The notes beneath the pieces were generated by a model. That model had not been told where the DNA came from. It did not search any database and saw nothing but the letters and a program-made list of their open reading frames with translations. A stretch of DNA of 17,719 bases from an uncultured archaeon. GTDB lineage: Archaea > Asgardarchaeota > Thorarchaeia > Thorarchaeales > Thorarchaeaceae. This document shows positions 15,744 through 17,719 of the stretch, one piece after another. Each line of letters opens with the position of its first letter. Position 1 is the stretch's first letter. The translations under genes were made by a program, and so were the position numbers. The stretch is from NCBI GenBank assembly GCA_964610875.1, contig CAZSWP010000059.1, positions 1 through 17,719 on the forward strand, written 5' to 3'.

Positions 15744-16934
15744 TTATACCTCAAATTCAATGAAGCGTTCAATATGTTTTCTACTGTGTTTCTCACTCAG
15801 TTTTGTTTCCTTATGTTCAATTATTCTCCTCTCTAATCTGTCAAGAGCGAGCGAATAGGTTTCTTCAACACTCCAAGCTTCTGCAGAACTATAATATTGC
15901 GTATGTGCAGTCCTAAATTGAAGTCGGCACTGAATCAACTGATTTCCCTTAGAAATTGAACCGTGTCGTTTAAGATAAACGAATAAATCTCCTACTCCGA
16001 CTACATCCCTGTATCTCTTAGAGAATGACTCAAATTTTCGCTGCATAGCTTTTCGTTCCTCTTCCGTCATCCTAATACCTGGTTTCATAGAAAATTGTAC
16101 TCTTATTCGTCTTGATTCCATGCCTCTCTGAGCAATAGGTTCTAAAAGGTCTCGTTTGGTCACGATTCCAGTTACTCTGTCATCATCAACAACCACAACG
16201 CTTGAGATGTTATATTCTCTCATTTTTCGATGCGCATCGCTGAGAGTTTCTGTTGGTTTAGCAGCTATCACAGGTGAAGACATTACACTACTTACAGGGA
16301 TGTGCAGAAGGTTTGATGTTTCCCCTGCCCTTTCACCATGTCCACCACGATCTAACTGGGAAAAACCCTCTTTCTGTCGCGTCATACTTTTGAAAATGAT
16401 ACTGAATATATCATGAATGCTCACGATACCCACGAGTTTTCCATCATCCTTAACTGGAAGATGTGAAATGCCATAAGTCCTAAACAAATCGAGAATTCTT
16501 GCGACGGTATCATCCCGACGAGCTGAAAGTGGATTCTTTGTCATGATTGATTCAAGAGGAATTGAGTTCCACTCTTCATCGGTACCTTGAGTTATAATAT
16601 CTTGAACTGAGATGAAACCTATATGTTTCTCTCCAGAAAATACTGGCAAAATCGGTGTTTGTACTTCAATCATCAGTCTTGCTGCTTCAGCAAGGGTTTC
16701 TGTATGTTGAATAGATGGAAGAGTTATCATTTGTTTCTCCACCTTGCTGGATGTTGGATCCACTCTTGATTTTCTTAATCTCCTTCTAATAATTACTCCT
16801 TGATAGTTTCCCTTTGAATCCTCTACAATTAGTGCTGGAGGTTCTATTTTCTTCAGTCTACTAATTGCCGCAGAAAGTTGTTCATTCTTGTCTATTTTTT
16901 CATATTCACTAAGTGTAATCTCACTAATGCGCAT
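15744..16934 (-). CDS. Four-CBS-domain protein with C-terminal HPF/RaiA (S30AE)-like domain; probable archaeal ribosome hibernation factor
   Basis: aa 1-~268 holds four CBS repeats (e.g. IMTKNP...GISHLPVKDDGKLVGIVSIHD; VMSSPV...ISSVVVVDDDRVTGIVTKRDLL). aa 277-376 follows the HPF beta-alpha-beta-beta-beta-alpha pattern, ending SAEAWSVEETYSLALDRLERRIIEHKE. Confidence 0.8.
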   Translation of the reverse strand: MRISEITLSEYEKIDKNEQLSAAISRLKKIEPPALIVEDSKGNYQGVIIRRRLRKSRVDPTSSKVEKQMITLPSIQHTETLAEAARLMIEVQTPILPVFSGEKHIGFISVQDIITQGTDEEWNSIPLESIMTKNPLSARRDDTVARILDLFRTYGISHLPVKDDGKLVGIVSIHDIFSIIFKSMTRQKEGFSQLDRGGHGERAGETSNLLHIPVSSVMSSPVIAAKPTETLSDAHRKMREYNISSVVVVDDDRVTGIVTKRDLLEPIAQRGMESRRIRVQFSMKPGIRMTEEERKAMQRKFESFSKRYRDVVGVGDLFVYLKRHGSISKGNQLIQCRLQFRTAHTQYYSSAEAWSVEETYSLALDRLERRIIEHKETKLSEKHSRKHIERFIEFEV

Positions 16935-17047
16935 TTTACTAATTCACACTAAACTATTGTTTTTCAACCTTATTAGTGATTGGAAATCCGATTTTTCATT
17001 TTAGCTAATTATCATTAAGTTCATACTTGAGATGATTTCAACTTATA

Positions 17048-17462
17048 CTAAATAACCCCATAATATGTCAAGCAAAAGAGTGTTCCACCCAAAATTGGTA
17101 TCATCCAAAATAGTAATGCTAGCCACATTTGGACTCTAGTCCCACAGATAAGAGGCTGCCCATCTATTCTAGCGTTGTTGAATCTCAAGCTGAAAAAATA
17201 ATCCTGAAGCAAGTGCTAGTGATCCTACTATAGCATGGATGTAAATTGAATAATCATAAATCATCCAGTTCAGTACTAAGGAAGGTGCCATAATCAATAG
17301 TGTTGTTAGTAATGTAAGCAATGCTACTATTGACATCACTTTCCCATGTAGAATAAATGGTCGTTTTTTGATATATCTAAATATCGGTAGTACTAGAATA
17401 ACATATTGAATAATAAGATTGGCATCAACAATAATTGGAGCTGCGGTTCCAAATAGAGCCTA
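17048..17462 (-). pseudogene. Disrupted DUF420-like four-TM membrane protein gene (~137 codons when repaired)
   Basis: After RBS-like AGGTGG, the expected start position reads TAG (17462..17460), followed by ALFGTAAPIIVDANLIIQYVILVLPIFRYIKKRPFILHGKVMSIVALL...IMAPSL...IHAIVGSLALASGLFF. An extra base in the A6 run at 17193..17198 shifts the frame. Removing it gives SLRFNNARIDGQPLICGTRVQMWLALLFWMIPILGGTLFCLTYYGVI* ending at 17048. Confidence 0.75.
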
Positions 17463-17546
17463 GATTTCCACCTGACAGATACAGTACTATCTTCTCCTAT
17501 TAAATTATGTAATTTTACTTTTCTTTCGCAAATTACTCCATAGATT

Positions 17547-17719
17547 TCAACGAACACGAGAAGCAATATCTATTCCGTCAGTTTCCGCTATTTGGAGCAG
17601 AGTGGGGAGTAGACATAAGTCTATAGAAACTAAATACGCTAATTTCCTTTTTGTATATTTCTTTGCGCCAGTGGAAAGGAGTTCCCACAATCTTCGATAT
17701 GAATACTTCAATTTGTTGT
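17547..17719 (-). CDS. Possible 3' end of a gene entering from the right edge (unidentified)
   Basis: One minus frame is open from the edge: NKLKYSYRRLWELLSTGAKKYTKRKLAYLVSIDLCLLPTLLQIAETDGIDIASRVR*. A second frame is also open for 46 codons, so the frame is ambiguous. Confidence 0.25.
   Translation of the reverse strand, partial: NKLKYSYRRLWELLSTGAKKYTKRKLAYLVSIDLCLLPTLLQIAETDGIDIASRVR

Noticed and set aside
13476-16416. Antisense ORFs over the DUF362, PRC-barrel and CBS genes
   Set aside because: They overlap well-supported genes on the opposite strand and have no motifs of their own.
16983-17045. Short imperfect palindromes upstream of the CBS-HPF gene
   Set aside because: Arms of 5-7 bp in very AT-rich sequence are expected by chance.
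17460-17471. In-frame TAG as a pyrrolysine read-through codon
   Set aside because: It falls at the expected start position, the same gene also has a frameshift, TAG is used as a normal stop for the DUF362 gene, and no pyl genes are visible.

Overview
AT-rich archaeal DNA. The Ig-like surface repeats and gene content suggest an Asgard (Thorarchaeia-like) origin; this is inferred, not verified. Three quarters of the window is a tandem pair of very large, collinear, minus-strand paralogues. Each has a signal peptide, a circularly permuted family-5 (OppA/DppA-type) peptide-binding domain, an internal prodomain-like segment, a pyrolysin-like S8 subtilase domain and beta-sandwich domains. The complete copy (5482..13242, 2586 aa) has an intact D/H/N/S catalytic set, five Ig-like repeats and a C-terminal membrane anchor. 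The second copy (<1..5210) is absent from the ORF track because it runs off the window. Its frame is open, but the catalytic His, oxyanion Asn and nucleophilic Ser are substituted, so it is a predicted pseudo-protease. Between the two genes sits a 131-bp MITE with 18-bp terminal inverted repeats and a 9-bp target duplication. The paralogues also share one 47-bp perfectly identical DNA tract. The right part holds a DUF362 Fe-S protein with a one-cluster ferredoxin insert, a tandem PRC-barrel protein, a 4xCBS-HPF/RaiA fusion (probable ribosome hibernation factor) and a decayed DUF420-like membrane protein gene.
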